A stretch of 64,000 nt of DNA from a virus. Its lineage: Duplodnaviria > Caudoviricetes. Positions 50,600-60,527 of the stretch are shown here, one piece after another. Each line of letters begins with the position of its first letter. Within the stretch, counting starts at the first letter, position 1. The position numbers and the translations under genes were made by a program. Below the pieces are notes generated by a model. It did no database searches, was not told where the DNA came from, and was given only the letters and a program-made list of their open reading frames with translations. The DNA is taken from the IMG/VR virus record IMGVR_UViG_3300028591_000078, positions 64,001-128,000 of that record. One strand, given 5' to 3'.

Positions 50600-51451
50600 A
50601 TGGCACTTGGTAACACTTTTAACAACGGAAACAAGAATGGTTTCGCAAATGGAGGCTACAATAATCAGGGCTACAAGACAAGAACTCAGCCTACTGTATA
50701 TTCACAGTATAAGCTGATTAACCCTGACTCTGTAATTGATCCCTCTATGGTTCAGTTTTCTTACTGGAGTGGACTTCTGAAGATTCAGATCTGTCCTAAG
50801 ATTCCTTCTGCAGCTGGAGATACTAGCATGTCTTTTGATACTAAGGCTGGTGCTATAGCAATCCATCTGTCTATACCTAGAGCACAGATCCTTAAAGATG
50901 AGATAGAAGGTTATCTCGCTAACCCTGGAACTAGAGATAACGCTGGAGTTGCTACAAAGAAGGGTTATATCTATATATCTAATGGTAAAGAGTTTGGTCA
51001 TCCTGGACATGATTGCCTGGTAATCAAACTTACCGATGAAGAAACTGGTAAGGTTGCTTCTACAATAGCATATGAGTTCAAGAAGCAGTATCATTATGGT
51101 ATAAGAAACCTTAATGAGGAAAAGCGCACATATGATTCTATCATGGATCCGTATGATACTCTTGAAGTTAATGAACTTCTGACAGTACTTGATCAGTATA
51201 TCAAGGGTGCAGCATCTGGATATGCAGCTGCAACTAGAGATGCTCTTCAGTATCCGTTTGCACTTCTTCAGGGTGCTGTTAGTGCTATTGCACGTCATCA
51301 TGGTATTGATATAGACAAGACTAATCCTATGGGTACTAGTGCTAGAGAAGCATATTTCAGTAGTAATAATTCTAGAACTACTGTAGATAGCAAGGCTTCT
51401 GTATCTAGCTATGATGCTGATGCTTATCAGGATGCACTTGATCTCGGTTAA
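50600..51451 (+). CDS. Putative single-stranded DNA-binding protein
   Basis: N/G-rich N-terminal tail, beta-rich core, acidic C-terminal tail, highly expressed codon usage. Confidence 0.4.
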   Translation: MALGNTFNNGNKNGFANGGYNNQGYKTRTQPTVYSQYKLINPDSVIDPSMVQFSYWSGLLKIQICPKIPSAAGDTSMSFDTKAGAIAIHLSIPRAQILKDEIEGYLANPGTRDNAGVATKKGYIYISNGKEFGHPGHDCLVIKLTDEETGKVASTIAYEFKKQYHYGIRNLNEEKRTYDSIMDPYDTLEVNELLTVLDQYIKGAASGYAAATRDALQYPFALLQGAVSAIARHHGIDIDKTNPMGTSAREAYFSSNNSRTTVDSKASVSSYDADAYQDALDLG

Positions 51452-51502
51452 GACAATATAAATGGGTATCTTCGGATACCCATTTACCAATGAGGTGTTT
51501 AT

Positions 51503-52204
51503 ATGGCAAATCAGCTTACAGCAGTAACCTTTGACTCTGTATTTGATACAGATATAGGAGTTATAAAGGTGATGCTTGATAAATATGCTAATCCGAAGTT
51601 TATAGATAATGAACTTCTTAAGATGAGCACTATTCGTGAAGATGATACCATAAAGTATCTTCTTGCTTTAAGGGTTAAAAAGAATCCCCTTACAGCTATT
51701 CTGAAACCTGAATATATGGAGTCGGCTGATGATTTGTATGATCAGGTATTTAAAGAGAACTTTCAGGAGATTATTGATAAATCTCAGACTTCAGCTATCT
51801 ATAAAGTAGTACGTGCACTCATGGATACTAATTCTGCTATGGATTTCTATGTAATCTGTGAAGCACAGGTACAGGTAGATATACTGAATAAACTTGATTC
51901 TAGACTCAAAACAGTTATACTACCTGAGGAGAATAACTATAAGTGTTTTCATGACTATGATAATATATTTGTCAAAGACTTTACAGATATGCTCAGAACT
52001 GAGTTTCCTGTAAGTAAGAAGAATATATACTTATCTAGACTAATGTTTAACATGTCTCCTGTTATGGGAGAACTTGTTCCTAGAATGGATATAAACGTTA
52101 TAGTAGGTAGGACTAATAAGATTATGCTTATAGACTACTACGAAAACTTAAAATCAATAAAAATTCCTCAGCAGAAACCTACTGAGGATGAAGCTAAAGG
52201 ATAA
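51503..52204 (+). CDS. Hypothetical protein (possible degenerate HAD fold)
   Basis: VTFDSVFDTD near the N-terminus, GAGGTG RBS. Confidence 0.55.
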   Translation: MANQLTAVTFDSVFDTDIGVIKVMLDKYANPKFIDNELLKMSTIREDDTIKYLLALRVKKNPLTAILKPEYMESADDLYDQVFKENFQEIIDKSQTSAIYKVVRALMDTNSAMDFYVICEAQVQVDILNKLDSRLKTVILPEENNYKCFHDYDNIFVKDFTDMLRTEFPVSKKNIYLSRLMFNMSPVMGELVPRMDINVIVGRTNKIMLIDYYENLKSIKIPQQKPTEDEAKG

Positions 52205-52215
52205 GGAGAAATAAT

Positions 52216-53958
52216 ATGGCAAGCGGTTACATTAATATTTCTAATAGAGTAGATAAGGCTACTCTTAGAGCAGTACAGATTAAGACAATGGATGATCTTA
52301 AGGATATCCTTGCACAATCTTTTGGTCCTATGGGATCAACTACTATTATCCGTAAACAGGGTACGTTCAATAGATATACTAAGGACGGTCATACTATTCT
52401 GAGTAATGTACATTTCAAGGGTGAGATCGAAGAGTCTGTAAGAGAGGATATAGAAGCTCTTACAAGACATACAGTACTTGGTCTTGGAGATTCTTCTACA
52501 TCTATAGTACTTCTTGCAGCAATACTCTTCAAGAAGATGGCTAAACTTGAGAAAGAACTTAATATCCCTCCGGCAGATCTGATAACAGAGTTTAAGAAGG
52601 TTATTAAAGATATATGTGATCTTATTGAATGTCGCGGTACCGAAGCTACTGCAGAAGATATCTATAAGATAGCTCTGATCTCTACCAATAATAATGAAGA
52701 ACTTGCTAAAGAGCTTCAGGTAGTATATGAGAACTTCGGAATGGATGTATTTATAGATGTAACAATCTCTAATACTGAAGAGACTATTCTAAAGTCTTAT
52801 GATGGTCTTACACTCAATGCAGGTTATGCAGAGAATGCATTTATTAATACCAAGGATGGTACTTCTTCTATAAGACATCCTATGATATATGTATTCGAAG
52901 ATCCTATCGATACTCCTGAGATGATGGGATTCCTTGATCTTATCATTCGTGATAATATACTTGTACACTATTCTGGTGAACAGGGTACTTCTCCTGCAAA
53001 CTGTGTACCGACTGTAATAATGGCTCCGAAAATTTCAAGAGATCTGTCTGCATTTATGACTCAGACTGTAGATTGGCTTGGAAGACTTGATCCTGATGTA
53101 TCTAAGCCTCCGTTGAATATTATCACTAATATATATGATAGTGATACTTATTCTGATATAGCTAGACTCTGTGGAGCTAAGCCTATCAAGAAGTATATAG
53201 ATCTTAAGGTTCAGGAAGCTGATATCAAGGCTGGCAGAGCACCTACACCTGATAATATTCATACATTTGCTGGTACTGCAGACATAGTTGAGTCTGATAT
53301 AGCAAAGACTAAGTTTGTAAACCCGAAAGAAATGCTTGATGAGAAAGGTGATTATACACCTCTCTTCCAGTCAATGGTAGACTTCTTAGAAGCAGAACTT
53401 CAGAAGAATATCAATGAAGGCGGAGATATCTCTACTAGAGGCAATATTAAGAGAAGACTTAATGCTCTTAAAGCTAATATGGTAGAGATTGCTGTAGGTG
53501 GTATTGCAGTAGCAGATAGAGATGCTAAGAGAGATCTGTTAGAAGACGCTGTGCTCAACTGCAGATCTGCAGCGCAGAACGGAGTTGGATATGGTGCTAA
53601 CTTTGAAGGACTCAAAGCTTCATGGGATCTATATACTAGAACATCTCCTGCTATATATAATTGTATTAATAAAGCCATAGTAGAATCTTATTTGGAACTC
53701 TCTGAGATGCTTTATAGTACAATGGGTGATGTAGATGCAGCAAAAATTACAGATGAATCTATCGAAAAAGGTATGCCGATGAATATTCGCACTAAGGAAT
53801 TCGATGGTAATGTACTTTCATCTATCAAGGCTGATATAGTAGTACTCAATACTATTGCAGATCTTCTGACTTTGATGATTACTTCTAACCAGTTCTTACT
53901 TCCTACATTCCTTGGTAATCTGTATGATAATGTAGATACCTCAGAATTTAAAAACTAA
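52216..53958 (+). CDS. groEL: Phage GroEL-like chaperonin
   Basis: SFGPMG, TKDGHTIL, GDSSTS, IAVGG, LEDAVLN, GVGYGAN. Confidence 0.92.
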   Translation: MASGYINISNRVDKATLRAVQIKTMDDLKDILAQSFGPMGSTTIIRKQGTFNRYTKDGHTILSNVHFKGEIEESVREDIEALTRHTVLGLGDSSTSIVLLAAILFKKMAKLEKELNIPPADLITEFKKVIKDICDLIECRGTEATAEDIYKIALISTNNNEELAKELQVVYENFGMDVFIDVTISNTEETILKSYDGLTLNAGYAENAFINTKDGTSSIRHPMIYVFEDPIDTPEMMGFLDLIIRDNILVHYSGEQGTSPANCVPTVIMAPKISRDLSAFMTQTVDWLGRLDPDVSKPPLNIITNIYDSDTYSDIARLCGAKPIKKYIDLKVQEADIKAGRAPTPDNIHTFAGTADIVESDIAKTKFVNPKEMLDEKGDYTPLFQSMVDFLEAELQKNINEGGDISTRGNIKRRLNALKANMVEIAVGGIAVADRDAKRDLLEDAVLNCRSAAQNGVGYGANFEGLKASWDLYTRTSPAIYNCINKAIVESYLELSEMLYSTMGDVDAAKITDESIEKGMPMNIRTKEFDGNVLSSIKADIVVLNTIADLLTLMITSNQFLLPTFLGNLYDNVDTSEFKN

Positions 53959-54034
53959 ATGATTCAAAACTATATAATTAGGGATAAGTCTTTTGACTTA
54001 TCCCTATACAATATATGAATCGAGGTGTTTATTT

Positions 54035-54820
54035 TTGACCTTTGAAGAGTATATAAACAATCCTCAAGGCAAAGGAGCTTCAAATACTCCTGGCAGAGGA
54101 ATGTATGAGCAGTATTATGTAGGAGAACTCGATAAATTACTACTCAAGGTTAATGGTAAGATAGAGTATCATCTATATACCAACCATGGTAGATTCTTTA
54201 TTAAGTTTAAGATTCCTCATCATACATACCCCGATTTCTATTATGATGCTGTAGTAGAGTTTTATACAGAAGAAAATTCTTATAAAGTATTACCAGACTT
54301 AAAGAAGTATGATGTAAAATTCTATTCTAATGATCCTAGCTTTACATTCACTTGGGCGTATGCATTCAATAAGAATAATCTTCTTATTAGAGAGCTGCGT
54401 AATAAGTGTTCTAGGATGTCTCTTACTCAGCCTCCTATAGTGAGAAACCCTAGTGAGTCTCCTGGATATGCTAAGTATATATATTATGCATATCTTTTGA
54501 CAAAGCTATATAATCTCTTTGATAAAGCACAGTTTACCCTTAAAGGTAAACCGTTATCTTCTCTCACTGGTTCTATAATGTCATCAGATGCCAAGTTCCA
54601 GCAGAGAGAAAAAGCTCAGAGAGATTATGCAAAGTTCTCCAAGGCTAAGAAAGATAATATAGAACATGCTAACACCAAGAATACTCTAGATAATACTACT
54701 AAAGATATACTTATTGGTAAGACCCCTTTTACTAATAAGACTAGAGTAATAGATCCTTCTAACAAGGTAATCAAGAATACCTCTTTAGTAGGACATGTAA
54801 AGCATACCAAAAGGAAATAG
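54035..54820 (+). CDS. Conserved hypothetical protein
   Basis: TTG start after GAGGTG. Lies between the chaperonin and sigma-like genes. Confidence 0.65.
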   Translation: MTFEEYINNPQGKGASNTPGRGMYEQYYVGELDKLLLKVNGKIEYHLYTNHGRFFIKFKIPHHTYPDFYYDAVVEFYTEENSYKVLPDLKKYDVKFYSNDPSFTFTWAYAFNKNNLLIRELRNKCSRMSLTQPPIVRNPSESPGYAKYIYYAYLLTKLYNLFDKAQFTLKGKPLSSLTGSIMSSDAKFQQREKAQRDYAKFSKAKKDNIEHANTKNTLDNTTKDILIGKTPFTNKTRVIDPSNKVIKNTSLVGHVKHTKRK

Positions 54821-54865
54821 CATTATATATTATAGTACTGAATACAGATAGGAGGATATATCATT

Positions 54866-55756
54866 ATGAGTACTAACCCCTTTATTCATATTGATAAAGA
54901 AATTAATGCACAATCTTTGCCCTCTTATGACATTCCAATCCATAAGTATAGGGCTAAAATTTTGGTAGATGATTGGATACCAAATGCTGAAGATGAAATC
55001 TTCAGACATACTAAGGGCGCTATCATGTTACCCGTATCGGAATTCTATAATATGAAACCCGATATCAATTTCGACTCTTATGTATTATCACCTAAGAGGT
55101 GCTATAACTCAGACGAAGTTAGAGCTCACTGCTGTAAGTATCTGAACTATTTTGAAAAGTTCTATGATACTGATCATGAGCTCTTATCTATATACTATTA
55201 TTTCAAGTATATGATAGATTGCGAACCTAGATATTCTAAAGATATCTTCTTTGCAGATCTTAAGAGATATATACTTGGTAATTCTATTCTTATCAAAGCT
55301 AGGAATATGAATATTGATAACTATAGTCTTAATCTGACATATAAGAATCGTTCTAATCCTGGCTTACAGTATACTGATAAGCATGGTGCAATTCTTATGG
55401 AGATCTCACTGTTAATGAATATGTGTATGCCTCTCTTAACGCACTATCTTTTCAGAAACAAGATACAGACTGTAAAAGACTTCTTGCTTGAAGCCTATGA
55501 TATGATATTTGATCTGTATCCTGACGTTGACATATATAACAAGTTATATGAAACTGCTGCTTCCAATATAAACCACAATGCTACAAAGAACTCCTTACTC
55601 TGGAGCATGCAAGGTATTAGAAGCATTAATACTACTACACATAGTTTAGCAACTGTTGAGAATATCATATTGCAAATCATGATTAAATATTTATACAAAT
55701 CTAATATCGTGTGCTTTAACTATGAGAGTATAATGAGGAATATCAGATATCAGGTT
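54866..55756 (+). CDS. Sigma-like promoter specificity subunit of non-virion RNAP (AR9 gp226/phiKZ gp68 family), exon 1
   Basis: KRCYN, LQYTD....LMEISLLMNMCMPLL and NKLYE match AR9 gp226 as I recall it. Early promoter at 54826, and two genes from GroEL as in AR9 (gp226/gp228). Confidence 0.8.
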
Positions 55757-57110
55757 AGGACTTAAATACAAGTCTCGATGACCCGTCTAGTAGAAATACT
55801 GGATTGTAAACCCTTTGAATTGCTGGAAAACTTTAATACCAGATTGACTACAACGTGATCTGAAAAGATGGGCGTGAATGTTATCGAAAGATAGAAAGAA
55901 CAATCTGGTTGATATATGAGGAAACTCTAAGTATCTTTACAATAAGTAATCAGCAGCTAAGAACCTAAATTTTAGAAAGGAGAAATTTATGAATATAGAT
56001 AATTATAATAAGTATAGAAAGGAAAACCATCCAAATATGAATCCATTTGAGCATGAACGATGGTTACCTATTATATTACCAATGGTGGATCCTAATGCAT
56101 ATCAGATAAGTAGTTGGGGTAGAGTATATTCTAATATAAGTAGAATGTTTCTAACCGCTGCAGAAAGATCTGGATATTATTGTGTAACATTGATGACAAT
56201 AGATGATCAAAGATTGCAAATAGATGTACACAGGTTGGTTGCTATGGCATTTATTCCAAGATATAATGTATATCAAGATACTGTAAATCATATAGATGGT
56301 GTAAAGAAGAATAATGTAGTTACAAATCTAGAATGGGTTACTCAACAGCAAAATGTTGAACACGGATTATTATTAGAATTATCATCTGATAAGATAAATC
56401 CAACAGATAAAGATATACATTTTATATGTAAATCTCTTCAAGAAGGTAAATCATTTGATGAGATTGTACATGTACTTATTCAAGGAAATTCAAAATATGA
56501 TAAAGATTATATAAGTTCTATAGTTGCAGCTATTAGGCACAAAAGATATAGAACTGATATATCTAAATTATATAGCATAGATCACAATAACAGTCATAGC
56601 ACAGCAAATTATACAATATCAGATATACACAAAATATGTGGAATGTTACAAGCTGGAACTTCGATAGAATGCCTTATGAAGGTATTTGGAGTTTCAGAAG
56701 AGAACAGGGTTGACTTTCAGATGTATATTAGTAAGATCTGTAGGAAACTTATATTCAAAGATATATCTGATCAGTATAATATACAATATCCAGAAGGAAT
56801 GCATCCAAAGACTACCAGGTTGAATGATGAGCAAATAGCTAAAATAATAGAATGTCTTAAGCAAGGAAAGAATAGTAGAGAAATTTATATAGATCTATTT
56901 AATATAAATCCTTCAGACATTCCAAGAGCTAAATTCTTATCATTTAAAACATCTATTCAAAATATAAAGAAGAAATATCTAAAACAAGGTTAAAGTTCAA
57001 CGACTATCGAAAGCACACATTTAGTGGAAGTGAGTAGAGTAGGAGAAATCCGAAGTGGAGGGCACCTTAACCATAAAGGAAGGTGAAGATATAGTCTAAT
57101 AAGTATATAG
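55757..57110 (+). mobile_element. Group I intron (IA2-like) with homing endonuclease in P6
   Basis: P GAATTGCTGGAA 55817, Q AATCAGCAG 55948, R GTTCAACGACTA 56995, S AAGATATAGTC 57086, P3 CCCTTT/GGAGGG. Exon U at 55756 and terminal G at 57110 restore the frame. Confidence 0.9.
55989..56993 (+). CDS. Intron-encoded NUMOD4-HNH homing endonuclease
   Basis: YQISSWGRVYS, HRLVAMAFI, VNHIDGVKKNNVVTNLEW, and three C-terminal helical repeats. Confidence 0.92.
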   Translation: MNIDNYNKYRKENHPNMNPFEHERWLPIILPMVDPNAYQISSWGRVYSNISRMFLTAAERSGYYCVTLMTIDDQRLQIDVHRLVAMAFIPRYNVYQDTVNHIDGVKKNNVVTNLEWVTQQQNVEHGLLLELSSDKINPTDKDIHFICKSLQEGKSFDEIVHVLIQGNSKYDKDYISSIVAAIRHKRYRTDISKLYSIDHNNSHSTANYTISDIHKICGMLQAGTSIECLMKVFGVSEENRVDFQMYISKICRKLIFKDISDQYNIQYPEGMHPKTTRLNDEQIAKIIECLKQGKNSREIYIDLFNINPSDIPRAKFLSFKTSIQNIKKKYLKQG

Positions 57111-57782
57111 GTCGAAATTGCATATGAGTACTCATTCGTAAGTTTAAGTTCCTCAAAGAGAGAAGGAGAAGATAGTGGTTCTCAGTTTGATAAGTTTGAG
57201 AGTCACTTGATAAGAACAGATGAAGCTCTTTATATGCAGAATAAGGTTAACTCTGATTCTGCAATGAATTATATAGAGAGATTATTTGGTCCGTTTGATG
57301 AGAAAGAGATAGAATTCTATAAGAGAGAATTATCTAAGGGAAATAAGGTAGTTGTAAACAACTTCCAGAAGAACTTAGTATTCAATCTTTTCTATAAATA
57401 CTTTGGAGATCCGGTATCTATAAATGCTATAAACTGTGATCAGTATATAGAGCTGATTATAGCAGCACGAAAGATATTGGAGACTAATAATATGGTAATG
57501 TTGCCGTATATCATTAGCTCTAGAGTCAATAGAGTTGTAGATAGGAATAATATCAATAAGAAGGAAATGATGAGACTTGAAGCTTCTCAGTATTATCCTT
57601 ATATTAAGCAGAAGTATAGAAACGATAAGATAGAACAGTATATACTGAAGATTATCGCTACTATAATATCTTCTGAGTTTAGTATAATAGACCCATACAA
57701 TCCTGAATTGAATGGTAAGTCTATAGATACTATTCCTGAGTATATCATCGAGGAAGTCTTGATGTATATACAACTCATATAA
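57111..57782 (+). CDS. Sigma-like subunit, exon 2
   Basis: Open frame from GTC 57111 (VEIAYEYSF...SQFDKFESHLIRTDE...EEVLMYIQLI). The spliced product is 520 aa. Confidence 0.8.
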   Translation, partial: VEIAYEYSFVSLSSSKREGEDSGSQFDKFESHLIRTDEALYMQNKVNSDSAMNYIERLFGPFDEKEIEFYKRELSKGNKVVVNNFQKNLVFNLFYKYFGDPVSINAINCDQYIELIIAARKILETNNMVMLPYIISSRVNRVVDRNNINKKEMMRLEASQYYPYIKQKYRNDKIEQYILKIIATIISSEFSIIDPYNPELNGKSIDTIPEYIIEEVLMYIQLI

Positions 57783-57875
57783 GCACAAGAAATCCATAGG
57801 GGCTATCCCCTATGGATTGCTGCTAAAATTTTGTATATAGATATATATACTATAATATTGGAAAAGGTGAAGAAG

Positions 57876-58124
57876 ATGAATATAACTGATTTAGTTATAA
57901 AAGTACTTGAAGAATCTTCGGATGAAGAAGCTGTGGAGTTAGCAAATAGAATGATTGCTTTAAGATCCCAGATGCATTCTGATCCTGAAGATTATATGGA
58001 CAAGAAGAGTAGTGCTAAAGTTTCACAAGCTGAAAGATTAGCATTGAATGTAGATGAAAATTCGATAGAAAAAGAGAATCGAAAGAATGCTGTTGAAAAT
58101 GGTCTACTAAGAGGATTACTATAA
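57876..58124 (+). CDS. Hypothetical early protein
   Basis: Early promoter at 57846, AAGGTG RBS. Confidence 0.6.
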   Translation: MNITDLVIKVLEESSDEEAVELANRMIALRSQMHSDPEDYMDKKSSAKVSQAERLALNVDENSIEKENRKNAVENGLLRGLL

Positions 58125-58139
58125 GAAAGGAATACTAGT

Positions 58140-58490
58140 ATGAATAAGCGACAACGAAAACATAAGTGTGTTTTTAAGATAGAGCATTGGTGTAAGGGTA
58201 GTGATAAACTTTTACACAAATTGCCAGTACGCTATTATAATGATAATGATAGTATGATGGCTGCTCTGATAATTTATTCAATAGAAAAAGCTGATATTGA
58301 TATTGTTAAAAAGTATCAATCTCTACTATCATCAAATAAAAGACTGGCAAAGAAATTTATAAAGCATATAAATCTACGAGATTACGTTATATATAAAATA
58401 GAAGCAATAACTTGTGCTAGACATCATGGTGATGTAGATTTTGATAATGATACAGAGGAGGATTTAGAATGCACAGATACAGAAGAATAG
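58140..58490 (+). CDS. Hypothetical protein
   Basis: AAAGGA RBS, MNKR start shared with 59880. Confidence 0.6.
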   Translation: MNKRQRKHKCVFKIEHWCKGSDKLLHKLPVRYYNDNDSMMAALIIYSIEKADIDIVKKYQSLLSSNKRLAKKFIKHINLRDYVIYKIEAITCARHHGDVDFDNDTEEDLECTDTEE

Positions 58491-58819
58491 TTGTATCACA
58501 AGAGAAGAAAGTAAAGATGTGGAATCGTAGTCTAGATAGAAATATTTCTAGATGGGTATATCCTAGGACTACTAATGGTATAAGGATGGTTAGATATAAA
58601 GCTATCCATCTCCCAAAGCTAAAGCGCCGTAAATACCCATTCCATAAATATGGTTTTGTCACTAGCTATGTGCCCAAGAAGGTATATGCTAGAGTTAAGC
58701 CTTTAAACGATAAGTATGTAAGTAATACTTATAATCAAATAGAAGATCCTGTAAATGAGATTATAAATACTACAATACAACTCTTATACGAGGGTGCTAT
58801 GAGTGATTTAAGGAGTTAA
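58469..58819 (+). CDS. Hypothetical basic protein
   Basis: GAGGAGG RBS. Confidence 0.6.
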   Translation: MHRYRRIVVSQEKKVKMWNRSLDRNISRWVYPRTTNGIRMVRYKAIHLPKLKRRKYPFHKYGFVTSYVPKKVYARVKPLNDKYVSNTYNQIEDPVNEIINTTIQLLYEGAMSDLRS

Positions 58820-58821
58820 AT

Positions 58822-59148
58822 ATGAGACTAGAAGACCTTACAGAAGAACAACACAAAGAATATGATCATAATCAAAATCTTGGATACTATACTTGTGAAG
58901 CTGCACGGCTAGCAGGTGTATTCAATAATATGACAGATGATCAGATAAGAGAGTTTAATCGACTTGCTGACAGTATAACAGAAAAGAATAGTGAATACTT
59001 AGAATCATCTTGTGCTTATGAAGAGTATAAAGAGTCATTCTTTTCTGACTATTATGATACAGTAGAGAAGTTAAATGCTCTTAGTAAAGGTAAAGATATG
59101 ATAACACCTATATTTAATGCTATTAAGGAGGCTAATAACCATGAATGA
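58822..59148 (+). CDS. Hypothetical protein
   Basis: AAGGAG RBS. Confidence 0.65.
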   Translation: MRLEDLTEEQHKEYDHNQNLGYYTCEAARLAGVFNNMTDDQIREFNRLADSITEKNSEYLESSCAYEEYKESFFSDYYDTVEKLNALSKGKDMITPIFNAIKEANNHE

Positions 59149-59860
59149 TACACCAATATTTAATTTCCCATTAACCTATTCAGCAGTAATATCTAAAGTT
59201 GCTGAATTTTTAGCTTTAGGAACTGAAGATCTAATTATATCAAATGATGGCGAGATAACAAAAATTATAGACTGTGCTAACTCATTATATAATAAGGTAG
59301 AATTTTCATCTCCTGAACACGAATCTAGTTTTTTAATAGAGGAGTCTGCTGTAGTATGGCTCTCAATAAAACCATATATCAAAACGATCAGAGATAAAGT
59401 TTCAAAAGCAAAGTTTCCGATATTTCATTTCCCATTAAAGTATGATGAAGTGATATCTGACTTTGCAAAGTTTGAAGGTATCAAAGATCCTGTTGTAAAA
59501 CATAATAAAATACCTAAGTTAGAAGAAGAGATACGAGATACTAATCTGTTTTATAGTCTTAGAACAAACTACACAGCTGATCCTAATATTCTTGCAAATA
59601 CTGTAGAAGAAGCATGTGCTGCATTATATGAAGGCATAAAGCCTTATATAATAGAGAGTGATGATGCTAATAAAGAACCAGAATTTTACAACCATAATAT
59701 CAATAATATACTTAGAGATATAAATACTCTAATAGAAAAAAGTGCTGTAAGTATAGAACAGGCTTGTAAAATTATAGGGCTTGCTCAGAAGGATCAAGAA
59801 ATTGAAGCTATGAGAAGGCAGACATTTGCCCTCGAACGGGTTTCACATAAGCAGTTTTAA
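59141..59860 (+). CDS. Hypothetical protein with internal duplication
   Basis: AAGGAGG RBS. Two copies of PIF[NH]FPL.Y..VIS...F...EE....[WY]..IKPYI. Confidence 0.65.
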   Translation: MNDTPIFNFPLTYSAVISKVAEFLALGTEDLIISNDGEITKIIDCANSLYNKVEFSSPEHESSFLIEESAVVWLSIKPYIKTIRDKVSKAKFPIFHFPLKYDEVISDFAKFEGIKDPVVKHNKIPKLEEEIRDTNLFYSLRTNYTADPNILANTVEEACAALYEGIKPYIIESDDANKEPEFYNHNINNILRDINTLIEKSAVSIEQACKIIGLAQKDQEIEAMRRQTFALERVSHKQF

Positions 59861-59879
59861 ATAAGAAAGGAATACTAAT

Positions 59880-60527
59880 ATGAATAAGAGAATTAAAAAG
59901 AAGCAAGCAAGAAGATGGATAGATGCTCATATCTTCTATATATCTACTATAGTAGACTGGTTTACTCATGCAGACTACTACAAAGAACGCTATAAAACCG
60001 AGTTTAAAGATATGTCTATATATAAGATATTCTCTAATATGCCTAAAGAAGACTTTAACAAACTCTACCATAGTATTGTAGAAGGTTATCCTTTCCATGA
60101 TCAGAATATCTTCAAGAAATCTATGCTTGCTATGAGAAATGCTGGTAATTACGATACCACTAATGTTTTCAATGCAAAGATGGTAGAGCATATGACTAAA
60201 GCTACTTATGGTATAGATATCACTATAGACGTGCTTATGCAAGAGGAAGATCCTGAGTTTATCAAAGCTATGAACGGGTTTGATACTATATACTTTATGA
60301 TATTCAACCTTACTAGTAATATGGCTATCGGTTCTATAGACATGGATCCTAAGAGATTCAAGATAGCATTTGAAAAATATGTCGGAAATCAGATACTCAC
60401 TAAAGATGACTGCATAGTACTTGCAGAGAGAAAGAATGAATTCATTTCTCATCCTGCATTTTTCTATTGCATGATTCCTATATCTGATAACAGAGAGATT
60501 ATACTTATTAGAACAAAAAGAAAGTAA
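59880..60527 (+). CDS. Hypothetical protein
   Basis: AAAGGA RBS, 215 aa. Confidence 0.65.
   Translation: MNKRIKKKQARRWIDAHIFYISTIVDWFTHADYYKERYKTEFKDMSIYKIFSNMPKEDFNKLYHSIVEGYPFHDQNIFKKSMLAMRNAGNYDTTNVFNAKMVEHMTKATYGIDITIDVLMQEEDPEFIKAMNGFDTIYFMIFNLTSNMAIGSIDMDPKRFKIAFEKYVGNQILTKDDCIVLAERKNEFISHPAFFYCMIPISDNREIILIRTKRK

Noticed and set aside
55754-57207. Premature stop or pseudogene, or two separate genes at 54866 and 57207
   Set aside because: Group I intron splicing restores one reading frame.
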